Below are positions 18,877 to 27,457 of a stretch of DNA of 64,000 nucleotides, one piece after another (position 1 is the stretch's first letter; every line of letters begins with the position of its first letter). The position numbers were made by a program, and so were the translations under genes. Below the pieces are notes generated by a model. It was given only the letters and a program-made list of their open reading frames with translations. It had not been told where the DNA came from and did no database searches. Source of the DNA: Dehalococcoidia bacterium (GTDB lineage: Bacteria > Chloroflexota > Dehalococcoidia > Plut-88900); assembly GCA_965249275.1 (NCBI GenBank), contig CBDFLQ010000006.1, forward strand, positions 832,001 through 896,000, written 5' to 3'.

Positions 18877-19527
18877 CTAGGGGCTGGGGCTGAACTTGGG
18901 GTATTTGTCCGTAGCAAAAGCGAGGTAGAGGTTCACCCGCGTCCCCCAGCGCATATACCCCTCTGCGAACCTGAAAACCGACTCAGGGAACCTGCCAGTG
19001 AACAGGATTATGAACCACACAACAAACAGGGCGATCATCAAGGCGATGCCGTAGAAGAAAAGGATGATCCCGTGGGGTATGCTCACGTAGAGCCAACCCA
19101 ACAATAGCTTGAGTACGGCGTGGGGCCTGGACAAGGTCTCCGGGTACTCTACTCTGAAGATCACCGGGTCGTCGGGCTCCTCCTCGAAGGAGAATGGCGG
19201 GTATTTATCCACCATGAAGTTGCCCATAAACGGGCCGGCGTAAGCCATAACCCTCAGGTTCCACCGTTGGTACGCGACGACGAAGTCGAATAGGCTCTTC
19301 GGGTATCGGCCCGTGAATAGGATAACCACGAAGGCTGCCAGGGAGACCACCCAGGCTGCGATGCCCAACGCCCATAACATGACCCCATGAGGGATGCCCA
19401 CGTAAATAAAGCCAAAGAATGTCTTCAGTAGAAGGTGCAGCCGGGACAGCTTCTCGGGGCGCTGAACGCTGACCACTATTGGGGCCGAGGGTTCCCCTGC
19501 CATCTCCTGGGCTTGTGCAATCGCCAT
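18877..19527 (-). CDS. DUF4389 membrane protein (two repeats)
   Basis: Duplicated LSR...IPH...ILFTGRYP...RW..RV..Y....DKYP. Confidence 0.88.
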   Translation of the reverse strand: MAIAQAQEMAGEPSAPIVVSVQRPEKLSRLHLLLKTFFGFIYVGIPHGVMLWALGIAAWVVSLAAFVVILFTGRYPKSLFDFVVAYQRWNLRVMAYAGPFMGNFMVDKYPPFSFEEEPDDPVIFRVEYPETLSRPHAVLKLLLGWLYVSIPHGIILFFYGIALMIALFVVWFIILFTGRFPESVFRFAEGYMRWGTRVNLYLAFATDKYPKFSPSP

Positions 19528-19598
19528 ATACCCACCTCTTTCCCTTATAAGGGTCGGTGAAACGGCCTGTGAAACATGCTATCAGATTGCGGGACCCG

Positions 19599-20792
19599 TC
19601 ACCCGGCCCCCGACCCTGCGCTGAACATAGCGAAGGAGCTTGTGAAACCGTGCAAGAACGTCGATCCGCCCACCTGTCCGATCTCTCCGTTGCAGAAGAA
19701 CCCGGCCAGCGGCGCACGGGAAATGCGATTCAGGAAGATGTCGCTGTCGTGGTTGGGCCGCCCGAACAGGTGCTCGCCCCTACCTAGGCAGGAGAACAGC
19801 AGCGCACCGGACGTGCCTGAAGAGTCGTTGTCTTCCACGTAGCGATCCATCACGGCTTCCAAGTCTTGCCTTGCCGTCTCGGCGTCCCGAACGTGGAACT
19901 GCACGACCTGTCCCTCGCTCAGCATCTCCCCTATGACCAGGGCACCCGTTTCCTGGTGCAGACCCATCACGTTGCGGATCAGGAAGTCGCCGGGCCTGAA
20001 CTGGTCCTTGAGAGGGTCCATCACAACGCCCAGGTGCAGCGCTGAATTTATCAGTCTTCTGTCGTGGCTGTCCGACTCATTGAAGACCTTGCGAAGGGCT
20101 TCCATCGGGCTCTGTCCGTCCAGCTCAACCAGCAGGTTCCCCTGACACTTGGTAATCACGCCCGACCGCCCGATGGGTCGGCACCCCTGCGCGACAATCG
20201 TGTCCACTTTCACATTCCCGTACATCGCCATCCCCACCGCTCCCGAGTGAAAGACGTCCTTGCCAAGGAACAGGGCATTGGCCCCAGCGCTCATGCCTCC
20301 GCTGGCCAATCCGCCTATCTTCACACCTTCATTGAATGCGAAGTCCAGCCCGGCGACCAGGCTATCGGCGTGGATGGTGAACGGGTCCGGCAGGACTACG
20401 AAGTGAGGCTTTTGGTCGGCATTGACGCCTACTATCTGCTCCCAGGACGCCGGTCCATCGTCGGGAGTCGGCAAGTCGGCATCCTCAACGTGGAAGAAGT
20501 TCAGGTGCACGTCCGGCAGGATAGCGCCGGTGATGGAGACCGCCGCCCGGTTCTCGACCTCCTTGCCCTCCCCGATGACGCCTCCGCCCGAGCAGCCGAT
20601 CAGGTTCTCGACAGGGCTGATGTCGGCGATTATGTCCGGGACTTGATCGTATTCAGCACGGTGTGTGTTGGAAACGAAGACCATAAGGAGGTCCGGCGTC
20701 CCTCCGTCGAGGTCCGCCTTAACGCGCTCGGCCGCCTCCTGCACCGCTGCCTTCAAAGTATGCTGCTCTGATATGGCTGATGCCCATTTCAT
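19599..20792 (-). CDS. FIST-domain signal protein (FIST_N + FIST_C)
   Basis: IGCSGGGVIG, GGLASGG, VAQGCRPIG, LLFSCLGRG, GFFCNGEIG. Confidence 0.92.
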   Translation of the reverse strand: MKWASAISEQHTLKAAVQEAAERVKADLDGGTPDLLMVFVSNTHRAEYDQVPDIIADISPVENLIGCSGGGVIGEGKEVENRAAVSITGAILPDVHLNFFHVEDADLPTPDDGPASWEQIVGVNADQKPHFVVLPDPFTIHADSLVAGLDFAFNEGVKIGGLASGGMSAGANALFLGKDVFHSGAVGMAMYGNVKVDTIVAQGCRPIGRSGVITKCQGNLLVELDGQSPMEALRKVFNESDSHDRRLINSALHLGVVMDPLKDQFRPGDFLIRNVMGLHQETGALVIGEMLSEGQVVQFHVRDAETARQDLEAVMDRYVEDNDSSGTSGALLFSCLGRGEHLFGRPNHDSDIFLNRISRAPLAGFFCNGEIGQVGGSTFLHGFTSSFAMFSAGSGAG

Positions 20793-20901
20793 AGTCCCAC
20801 CCCACCCTAAGAATATTGCTTATATTATTATACATCCCCTCCGCCGCCTTACTGTTATACAATGCCCGAACGCTTAACCCATAAGACAGGATGCATAGCC
20901 C

Positions 20902-21465
20902 ATGCCCATCTACGAACTGGACGGCAAACGTCCGACCATTGCCCGATCCGCTTACATCCACCCGACCGCCGTAATCATCGGCGACGTCACGATTGGCGAG
21001 AACTGCTGGATCGGGCCGAACGCCACGATACGAGGTGACGACCACAGCATCAGAATCGAGGACGGGTCGGACGTGCAGGACAACTGCGTGATCCACGGCG
21101 AGACGGTGCTCGGGCCCAAATGCCGCATGGGGCACGGAGCGGTAGTCCACGGCTCGGTTTTGGGAGAGGGGGTCCTAGTGGCAATGAACGCCGTAGTCCT
21201 TGACGGGGTACGTCTCGGGGACGGGGTGGTGGTGGCAGCGGGCTCGGTGGTGGCTCCCAAGGCAGAGGTGGCGGCGCGGAAGGTGGTGATGGGAGTTCCG
21301 GGTGCGGTTGTCGGCGACCTGCCTGTGGGTATGCAGAGAGCCGGCGAAGACGAAGACTACGTTTCAGCTATCCCCATGTATCGGGACCGTCAAATCGAGG
21401 TTTCAATCGAAGAATGCAGAGACCCGTCCAAGGAGGCCGCTCTTGACCGCTCAACCCGAGAATAA
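20902..21465 (+). CDS. Gamma carbonic anhydrase family (YrdA/PaaY-like)
   Basis: Hexapeptide repeats, IRGD, QDNCVIH, GHGAVVHG. Confidence 0.9.
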   Translation: MPIYELDGKRPTIARSAYIHPTAVIIGDVTIGENCWIGPNATIRGDDHSIRIEDGSDVQDNCVIHGETVLGPKCRMGHGAVVHGSVLGEGVLVAMNAVVLDGVRLGDGVVVAAGSVVAPKAEVAARKVVMGVPGAVVGDLPVGMQRAGEDEDYVSAIPMYRDRQIEVSIEECRDPSKEAALDRSTRE

Positions 21466-21607
21466 CGAAATCCAGGCTCGAGTCAGCCTGGCCATGAAAG
21501 AGGCCCTGGACGCCTGCCCCTCACCAAGACTCGCGCCCTTCACGCCTGCACAGATGGCATTCCTGGAGCGGGTTCTGGCGTCGGCGCTGACCTTCTCGGC
21601 ATCTTAA
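21443..21607 (+). CDS. Putative 54-aa small protein
   Basis: AAGGAGG upstream of TTG 21443; overlaps the end of the previous gene. Confidence 0.4.
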   Translation: MTAQPENNEIQARVSLAMKEALDACPSPRLAPFTPAQMAFLERVLASALTFSAS

Positions 21608-21687
21608 GCAAAACCTCGTCCAATTGGCAGGGCCAAAATGACGAGGATAATTTCTAATTCTGCGGCGAGATCAGATACGCCTTCGCG

Positions 21688-22056
21688 CTAGTGAATGCCT
21701 ACCAGATAGAGCTCGGGAGACGGGATTAGTCTGTGGTGCGTTGTGTCGGCGATCAGGCCGAGACTCTGAAGGGACACCACCCCGAGAAGGTACAAGTCTT
21801 CGGGCCCAAATATCACGGGGCTAGTCCGCTCCCGACCTTCATACTTGAACCGTGCCTCTCCCAAGCCGTAAGCCTGCCGACTTCCGTCGGCCAGGGTGAA
21901 CGTCATGTCCTCCAAGGGAGACAGACCTAGCTGTTCCTTCAGCAAAGAGGACGGCAGCATAGAGTAGGTAGCGCCAGTATCAACAATCGGCTCTACTTCG
22001 ACGAATACTCTATCCGTCGGGTTTCCTACCTCGATAGCCGCGCGAAAAAGTTCCAT
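21688..22056 (-). CDS. Clan AA (retropepsin-like) aspartic protease
   Basis: IVDTGATYSMLP, LADG, LLGVVSLQSLGL; GGAG upstream of ATG 22056. Confidence 0.88.
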   Translation of the reverse strand: MELFRAAIEVGNPTDRVFVEVEPIVDTGATYSMLPSSLLKEQLGLSPLEDMTFTLADGSRQAYGLGEARFKYEGRERTSPVIFGPEDLYLLGVVSLQSLGLIADTTHHRLIPSPELYLVGIH

Positions 22057-22113
22057 GTACGCTCCTGACTTCCGATTATGAACCCGCAAGGCTAGGTACG
22101 CTATACTACCCTC

Positions 22114-22635
22114 ATGCATCACGCACCCATCAAACTCCTTCACTTCTCCGACACCCATGTCCGTGAGAAGGACGAGCTCCACCCCATCGTCAAGGAAGCC
22201 CTCAAGGAAGCCGACTGGGTCATTCACACCGGCGATTTTACGGGACCCACGCTAGTCCACCAGCTGATAGAAGACCACCCCAAGTTTGTCGGCGTATTCG
22301 GGAACACGGACAAGGACGAGACCCGGCGGATTCTCCCCGACAAGCAGTTCTTCGCCATCGGGCAGTGGAGGTTCGGCATCATTCACCCCTGGTGGGGCAT
22401 GGAACCCGACGGGATAGAGGACCGCATTCTGCAAGAGCTGGGCGCCCAGGACGTCATCCTCTACGGGCACACGCACGAACGTGTCGAACACTACGTCGGC
22501 GATACGCTTATCGTGAATCCTGGCCCCGGTTACCCGGACTTCATGATGCCGGGCTCGGTGGCCATGCTGACCCTTCACCCGACCTCCATAGACGTTGAAT
22601 TCCGAATTTTTGAAAGGCCTTCCAGAAGGGCGTAA
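22114..22635 (+). CDS. YfcE-family metallophosphoesterase
   Basis: SDTH, HTGD, GNTD, YGHTH, NPG; TATACT 6 nt before the ATG suggests a leaderless mRNA. Confidence 0.9.
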   Translation: MHHAPIKLLHFSDTHVREKDELHPIVKEALKEADWVIHTGDFTGPTLVHQLIEDHPKFVGVFGNTDKDETRRILPDKQFFAIGQWRFGIIHPWWGMEPDGIEDRILQELGAQDVILYGHTHERVEHYVGDTLIVNPGPGYPDFMMPGSVAMLTLHPTSIDVEFRIFERPSRRA

Positions 22636-22660
22636 CGCCATTAAGAGAGGCCCGTCTTCC

Positions 22661-22689
22661 TTGCCCACTCATACACCCCCATATATAAT
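22661..22689 (+). promoter_or_regulatory. Sigma70-type promoter of the mgs-gmaS-mgd operon
   Basis: TTGCCC-N17-TATAAT. Confidence 0.7.
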
Positions 22690-22767
22690 GGTTCGGCTGT
22701 CAGGATGGTGTTGCTCACAACTATGTAACCCAAATTCCTTTGACATGATCTCTGGGAGAGTAAAGAG

Positions 22768-23682
22768 ATGTGCGGCATAAGCGGAATAATGCATAAGCAT
22801 GCGGGGGCCGCCGCCCTCGCTCCCATAGGCGAAGAACTCGTCCGTATGCTGGATGCCATGAAGCACCGGGGAATCGACTCCACGGGCATCACCGTGGCCG
22901 GGGAAGACTCCAATTCCGACTTCATTGTCAGGGTCTGGTCCGATCCCGACGCCGACTACCGGGGCCGCTTCAGGGCCGTCGAAGAGGCGGTGGTTGCCAA
23001 AGGCGGGGTTGTAAAGAACCGTCAGTCGACGGACGAATTTCTACGCCTCAACGTCAACTATGAAGGTGACCTCAACTCCCTCGCGGCCTCGTTATACGAG
23101 CTGCCCGGCGTGACTATCCACAGCATCGGCCAGAACTCCGAGGTCGTGAAGGACGTGGGCACGGGCGTGGAACTCGACGACAAGCACGGCATTGGCACTA
23201 TGAAAGGGACGCACGGCATCGGGCACGTGCGCCTGGCCACCGAGAGCCGGGTCGACATCACCCACTCCCACCCCTTCTGGGCCTACCCCTTCCCTGACGT
23301 TACCGTCGTACACAACGGCCAGCTGACCAACTATCACAAGATGAAGCGCAAGTACGAGGACGAAGGTCATCGCTTCCAGACCGGGAATGACTCCGAGCTC
23401 ATCGCCGTCTACCTGGCCGAAAAGCTTGCCCGCGGCGCGGCCCTCGAAGACGCCCTCTACGCCTCACTGGATGATCTGGACGGTTCATTCACCTACCTGG
23501 TCTCTACCGATCAGGGCATGGGCTCCGCCAAGGACTCCCTCGCGCTCAAGCCTCTGGTCCTCATGGAGACCGACGACGTGGTAGCCCTCGCCTCCGAGGA
23601 AGTCGCCCTCCGCTCCGTATTCGACGAGGAGATAGAGCGGGTCGAGCCCCAGCAGAGCGAGGTCATGACTTGGTTGATATAA
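22768..23682 (+). CDS. mgsA: N-methylglutamate synthase subunit A (class II glutamine amidotransferase, GlxB-like)
   Basis: MCGI start, HRGIDSTG, GHVRLATES, VHNG, NDSE; operon context. Confidence 0.85.
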   Translation: MCGISGIMHKHAGAAALAPIGEELVRMLDAMKHRGIDSTGITVAGEDSNSDFIVRVWSDPDADYRGRFRAVEEAVVAKGGVVKNRQSTDEFLRLNVNYEGDLNSLAASLYELPGVTIHSIGQNSEVVKDVGTGVELDDKHGIGTMKGTHGIGHVRLATESRVDITHSHPFWAYPFPDVTVVHNGQLTNYHKMKRKYEDEGHRFQTGNDSELIAVYLAEKLARGAALEDALYASLDDLDGSFTYLVSTDQGMGSAKDSLALKPLVLMETDDVVALASEEVALRSVFDEEIERVEPQQSEVMTWLI

Positions 23683-24353
23683 ACGCCAGGGACATGACCA
23701 TCCGGGAGATCAACACCCGGGTCAAGGAGCTGGTGAACGCGGGGGAAGAGGTACGGATTATCGATCCCCAGGCGCGGCACAACCTGGTTATCGGGGTGCT
23801 GAAGGAATGCAAGATAACAGTCGAGGGAAGTGTCGGGTACCTGTGCGCCAGCCTTCTGGACGGTCCTGACGTTATCATCAACGGCAACGCCGGATGGGCC
23901 TTGGGCGAGAACATGATGAGTGGCCGCATAACCTTGACCCGCAGTGCGGGCGCATCCGTTGCCGCAACCCTCAGGGGCGGGCAACTGTTCGTCGGCGGGG
24001 ACGCCGGGGCACGGGCGGGCATCTCCATGAAGGGCGGCGATCTTATAATACGCGGCAACGCTGGATTCCTAACCGGCTATATGATGCAGAAGGGCCGCAT
24101 TATCATCTGCGGCGATGTCGGAGACGCGGTCGGGGACTCTATGTACGAAGGCGAGATATATGTCGCCGGGAACATTGGCTCGCTCGGGAGCGACGCCAAG
24201 GAGGAGACTGCCTCCGAGGACGAGTTGCTGCAGATATGGGAAAAGCTCGAGAGCTTTGGCATAACCGAACGCTTCCAGTTCAAGAAGGTGGTCTCCGCCA
24301 AGAAGCTCTACCACTTCGATGCGCTTGAGCGCTTTGAAAAGAGGGTGGTGTAG
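23670..24353 (+). CDS. mgsB: N-methylglutamate synthase subunit B (GXGXG domain, GlxC-like)
   Basis: GENMMSG, GARAGISMKGG, GDSMYEG, SLGSDA. Confidence 0.88.
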   Translation: MVDINARDMTIREINTRVKELVNAGEEVRIIDPQARHNLVIGVLKECKITVEGSVGYLCASLLDGPDVIINGNAGWALGENMMSGRITLTRSAGASVAATLRGGQLFVGGDAGARAGISMKGGDLIIRGNAGFLTGYMMQKGRIIICGDVGDAVGDSMYEGEIYVAGNIGSLGSDAKEETASEDELLQIWEKLESFGITERFQFKKVVSAKKLYHFDALERFEKRVV

Positions 24354-24363
24354 GTAGCCCGCT

Positions 24364-25668
24364 ATGGTAATGAACAGCAGCCAGGTCTTTACTCCCTGGA
24401 TCATGGACGACATTCACGCAAAGGCCGACCTTGGACGCTACCGCATCCGCGGCTTCTCTTCCTTTCAGAAAGTGACCCACTTCGACGATCTGACCTTCCT
24501 CTCCACGGGCCTCACCCGAATCCCGCTGGAAGGCTATAAGGAGAAGTGCAGCACCCGCACGGTGATTGGAGAAGGTAACGCCAAGAACCCGCTGGTACTG
24601 GAAACTCCCATATACATCACCGGCATGAGCTACGGCGCTCTTTCCAGGAACGCCAAGGTATCTCTCGGGAAGGGGGCCTCGGAGGTGGGCACCGCCACCT
24701 GCACGGGCGACGGCGGCATGCTCATGGCCGAGCGGGAAGCCTCCGACAAGCTCATATATCAGATTCTGCCCAGCCGCTACGGCGTGAACCCTCACCACAT
24801 CATGATGGCCGACGCCATTGAAATCTGCGTAGGGCAGGGCGCGAAGCCCGGCACCGGTGGCATGCTCATGGGCGTCAAGGTGCTGGACCACATCGCCGAG
24901 ATGCGGGACCTGCCCACGGGTATCGACCAGCGCAGTCCCACTCGACACCCCGACTGGCTCGGGCCGGACGACCTTCCCATCAAGATAGAACAGTTAAGGG
25001 AAGCCACGGACTGGCGTGTTCCCATCAGCGTCAAACTGGGGGCCTGCCGGGTCAAGGACGACGTTAAGCTGGCCGCCAAGGCCGGCGCTGACGCCATAGT
25101 CATTGACAGCATGTTAGCTGGCACGGGCGCTTCCTCCGAAATCTTCCTCGATCACTCAGGCATTCCCACCGTACCAGCCATTGTCCTCGCCCGCGAGGCG
25201 CTGCGGGAGATCGGGATGTACGGGAAGGTGACCCTCATAGCCTCGGGAGGAATCAGGAGCGGGGTGGACGTGGCCAAGGCCCTGGCCCTCGGCGCCGACG
25301 CCGTAGCCATTGGCATCGCCGCTCTCATCGCCCTTAATTGCAACCGGGACATACCCGAAGCCAACTTCGAAGAAGAGGTCGGGGTTCCGGCTGGGATGTG
25401 CCATCACTGTCAGACGGGTAAGTGCCCTGTAGGCATTGCGACCCAGGACCCGGAGCTTGAGAAGAGGCTCGACCCAGAAGAGGGCGGCGCACGCGTCGCT
25501 AACTTCCTCAATGCCATGACGATGGAGCTGGCACTCATTACCCGGTCCCTCGGCAAGAGTGATGTTCACAGTCTCGAGCCCGAGGACTTGGCCGCCCTCA
25601 CCATCGAGGCCTCCGCCATGGCCCGCATCCCGCTGGTAGGCACCGACAAGGTGTTCGGGTTTGACTAG
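24364..25668 (+). CDS. mgsC: N-methylglutamate synthase subunit C (FMN glutamate synthase domain, GlxD-like)
   Basis: GMSYGALS, GQGAKPGTGG, RHPDWLGPDDL, CHHCQTGKCPVGIATQDP. Confidence 0.9.
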   Translation: MVMNSSQVFTPWIMDDIHAKADLGRYRIRGFSSFQKVTHFDDLTFLSTGLTRIPLEGYKEKCSTRTVIGEGNAKNPLVLETPIYITGMSYGALSRNAKVSLGKGASEVGTATCTGDGGMLMAEREASDKLIYQILPSRYGVNPHHIMMADAIEICVGQGAKPGTGGMLMGVKVLDHIAEMRDLPTGIDQRSPTRHPDWLGPDDLPIKIEQLREATDWRVPISVKLGACRVKDDVKLAAKAGADAIVIDSMLAGTGASSEIFLDHSGIPTVPAIVLAREALREIGMYGKVTLIASGGIRSGVDVAKALALGADAVAIGIAALIALNCNRDIPEANFEEEVGVPAGMCHHCQTGKCPVGIATQDPELEKRLDPEEGGARVANFLNAMTMELALITRSLGKSDVHSLEPEDLAALTIEASAMARIPLVGTDKVFGFD

Positions 25669-25718
25669 CCGCCCGGACACATCTCTCGAACAGGCTAGAG
25701 CCTCAACCGGAGCAGAGC

Positions 25719-27077
25719 ATGGCCAATAGAGAGCAGATACGGGAGCGGATGACCCGGGACGGGATCAAGTACATCCTCACCCAGTTCGTCGACATTCATG
25801 GGGCCGCCAAGGTCAAGCTCGTTCCCGCTTCCACCTTCGACAACGTTGTCGACGATGGCGCGGGCTTCGCCGGGGGGTCGCTCCACGGCATGGGCCAGGG
25901 CCCCAACGCCCACGACATGGCCGCCCGTATCGACGTGGACTCCTACACTCGCCTTCCCTGGGACCCCGAGACCGCACGCTTCGCTTCCGATCTGTTCGTA
26001 GACGGCGAGCCTCATCCCTACTGCCCTCGGCAGCACATGAAGAAGGTGCTCGGAGAGTTCCGGGACCAGGGTTTCGTATTTAACGTCGGCATTGAGCCAG
26101 AGCACTTTCTTGTCAATCGGAAAAAGAACGGCAAGATTACGATTTTCGACCCTGATGACGTCGACAATCTCGAAAAGCCGTGTTACGACTACAAGGGCAT
26201 TTCCGGCGTCATCGGCTATCTGAAGGAGATGACCGACGGCCTGAACGGCCTCGGGTGGGGGGTATACCAGTCCGACCACGAGGACGGCAGCGGCCAGTAC
26301 GAGATCAACTTCGATTATTCCGACGCCCTCACCACCGCCGACCGCTACACCTTCTTCAAGATGATGACCAGCCAGGTGGCCCGAAAGCATGGTGCAATCG
26401 CCACCCACATGGCCAAGCCCTTCGGGGACAGGACCGGCAGCGGAGGCCACATTCACTTCCACGTAGCCGACGCCAAGACTGGGGAGAACGTCTTGATAGA
26501 CAACTCCGACCCCCAGGGTCTAGGGCTGTCCAAGATGGCCTACCATTTCATCGGTGGAATTCTGAAGCACGCACCCGCCCTCTGCGCCATCAACTCGCCG
26601 ACGGTTAACTGCTACAAGCGGCTGCAGATGGGCGCCGCACTTACCGGTTCACGCTCCGGGTTCACGTGGACGCCCGCCTTTATCTCTTACGGCGACAACA
26701 ACCGGACGCAGATGATCCGGACCGCGGGCCCCGGTCACCTGGAGGACCGGACGATGTCCTCGGGGTGCAACCCCTATCTCGCCTTCTCAGCCTACGTCCT
26801 GGCAGGCATGGATGGAGTCAAGAACGAGATGGATCCCGGCGCTGCGAACTTCGAAAACACCTACGCCCTCGGTATGGAGGAGATCAACAGGCGCGGCATC
26901 CGGGTCCTCCCACAGAGTCTCCCCGAGGCCCTCAACGAGTTGAAAAACGACCAGGTCGTGCAGGAGGCCCTGGGGCCCATCTACGACGAGTTTATGAAGG
27001 TGAAAGAGGCAGAGTGGGCCGACTATCACCGGCAGGTGAGTCAATGGGAGGTGGACCGGTACCTCACCATGTTCTAG
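25719..27077 (+). CDS. gmaS: Gamma-glutamylmethylamide synthetase (GlnT/GmaS type)
   Basis: AKVKLVPA, YQSDHEDGSGQYEINF, PTVNCYKRL, SGFTWTP, GDNNRTQMIR; directly downstream of mgsABC. Confidence 0.88.
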   Translation: MANREQIRERMTRDGIKYILTQFVDIHGAAKVKLVPASTFDNVVDDGAGFAGGSLHGMGQGPNAHDMAARIDVDSYTRLPWDPETARFASDLFVDGEPHPYCPRQHMKKVLGEFRDQGFVFNVGIEPEHFLVNRKKNGKITIFDPDDVDNLEKPCYDYKGISGVIGYLKEMTDGLNGLGWGVYQSDHEDGSGQYEINFDYSDALTTADRYTFFKMMTSQVARKHGAIATHMAKPFGDRTGSGGHIHFHVADAKTGENVLIDNSDPQGLGLSKMAYHFIGGILKHAPALCAINSPTVNCYKRLQMGAALTGSRSGFTWTPAFISYGDNNRTQMIRTAGPGHLEDRTMSSGCNPYLAFSAYVLAGMDGVKNEMDPGAANFENTYALGMEEINRRGIRVLPQSLPEALNELKNDQVVQEALGPIYDEFMKVKEAEWADYHRQVSQWEVDRYLTMF

Positions 27078-27172
27078 GGGCCCCGGTCAATCTGGTCTTT
27101 TGCGTTCCAAGTCATTCAAACTCGAGTTCTCCAACCCCCGCCACATGAGCCCGCGACTCCTGGCATAGTGCC

Positions 27173-27457
27173 ATGTCCTTCCTTCTAAGCTGCCCGAACT
27201 GCGGCCCCAGGTCTGTCAACGACTTCCGTTTCGGCGGCGAGGTCTCAACCCGCCCCTCCCCCGGCGACCCGGAGGAGACTTGGTCTGCCTATTTTTACCT
27301 GAGCAAGAATGTTGCCGGTCTTCAGCAGGAGTGGTGGTATCACAAGTACGGCTGCCGCCGCTGGTTCCATGCCCAGCGCAACACCTTGAACAACCGGGTA
27401 TCGGCCACCTACTGGCCGGGGCAGGGCCCGAATCAACCTGCAGGGAATGAGGGCTGA
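27173..27457 (+). CDS. mgdB: Sarcosine oxidase delta-like subunit (N-methylglutamate dehydrogenase MgdB)
   Basis: CPNCGPR, FRFGG, EWWYHKYGCRRWF zinc motif. Confidence 0.85.
   Translation: MSFLLSCPNCGPRSVNDFRFGGEVSTRPSPGDPEETWSAYFYLSKNVAGLQQEWWYHKYGCRRWFHAQRNTLNNRVSATYWPGQGPNQPAGNEG

Noticed and set aside
25719-27077. Ordinary glutamine synthetase glnA, with 22768..25668 as a split gltB
   Set aside because: Motifs and context match the GlnT/GmaS and GlxBCD/MgsABC families
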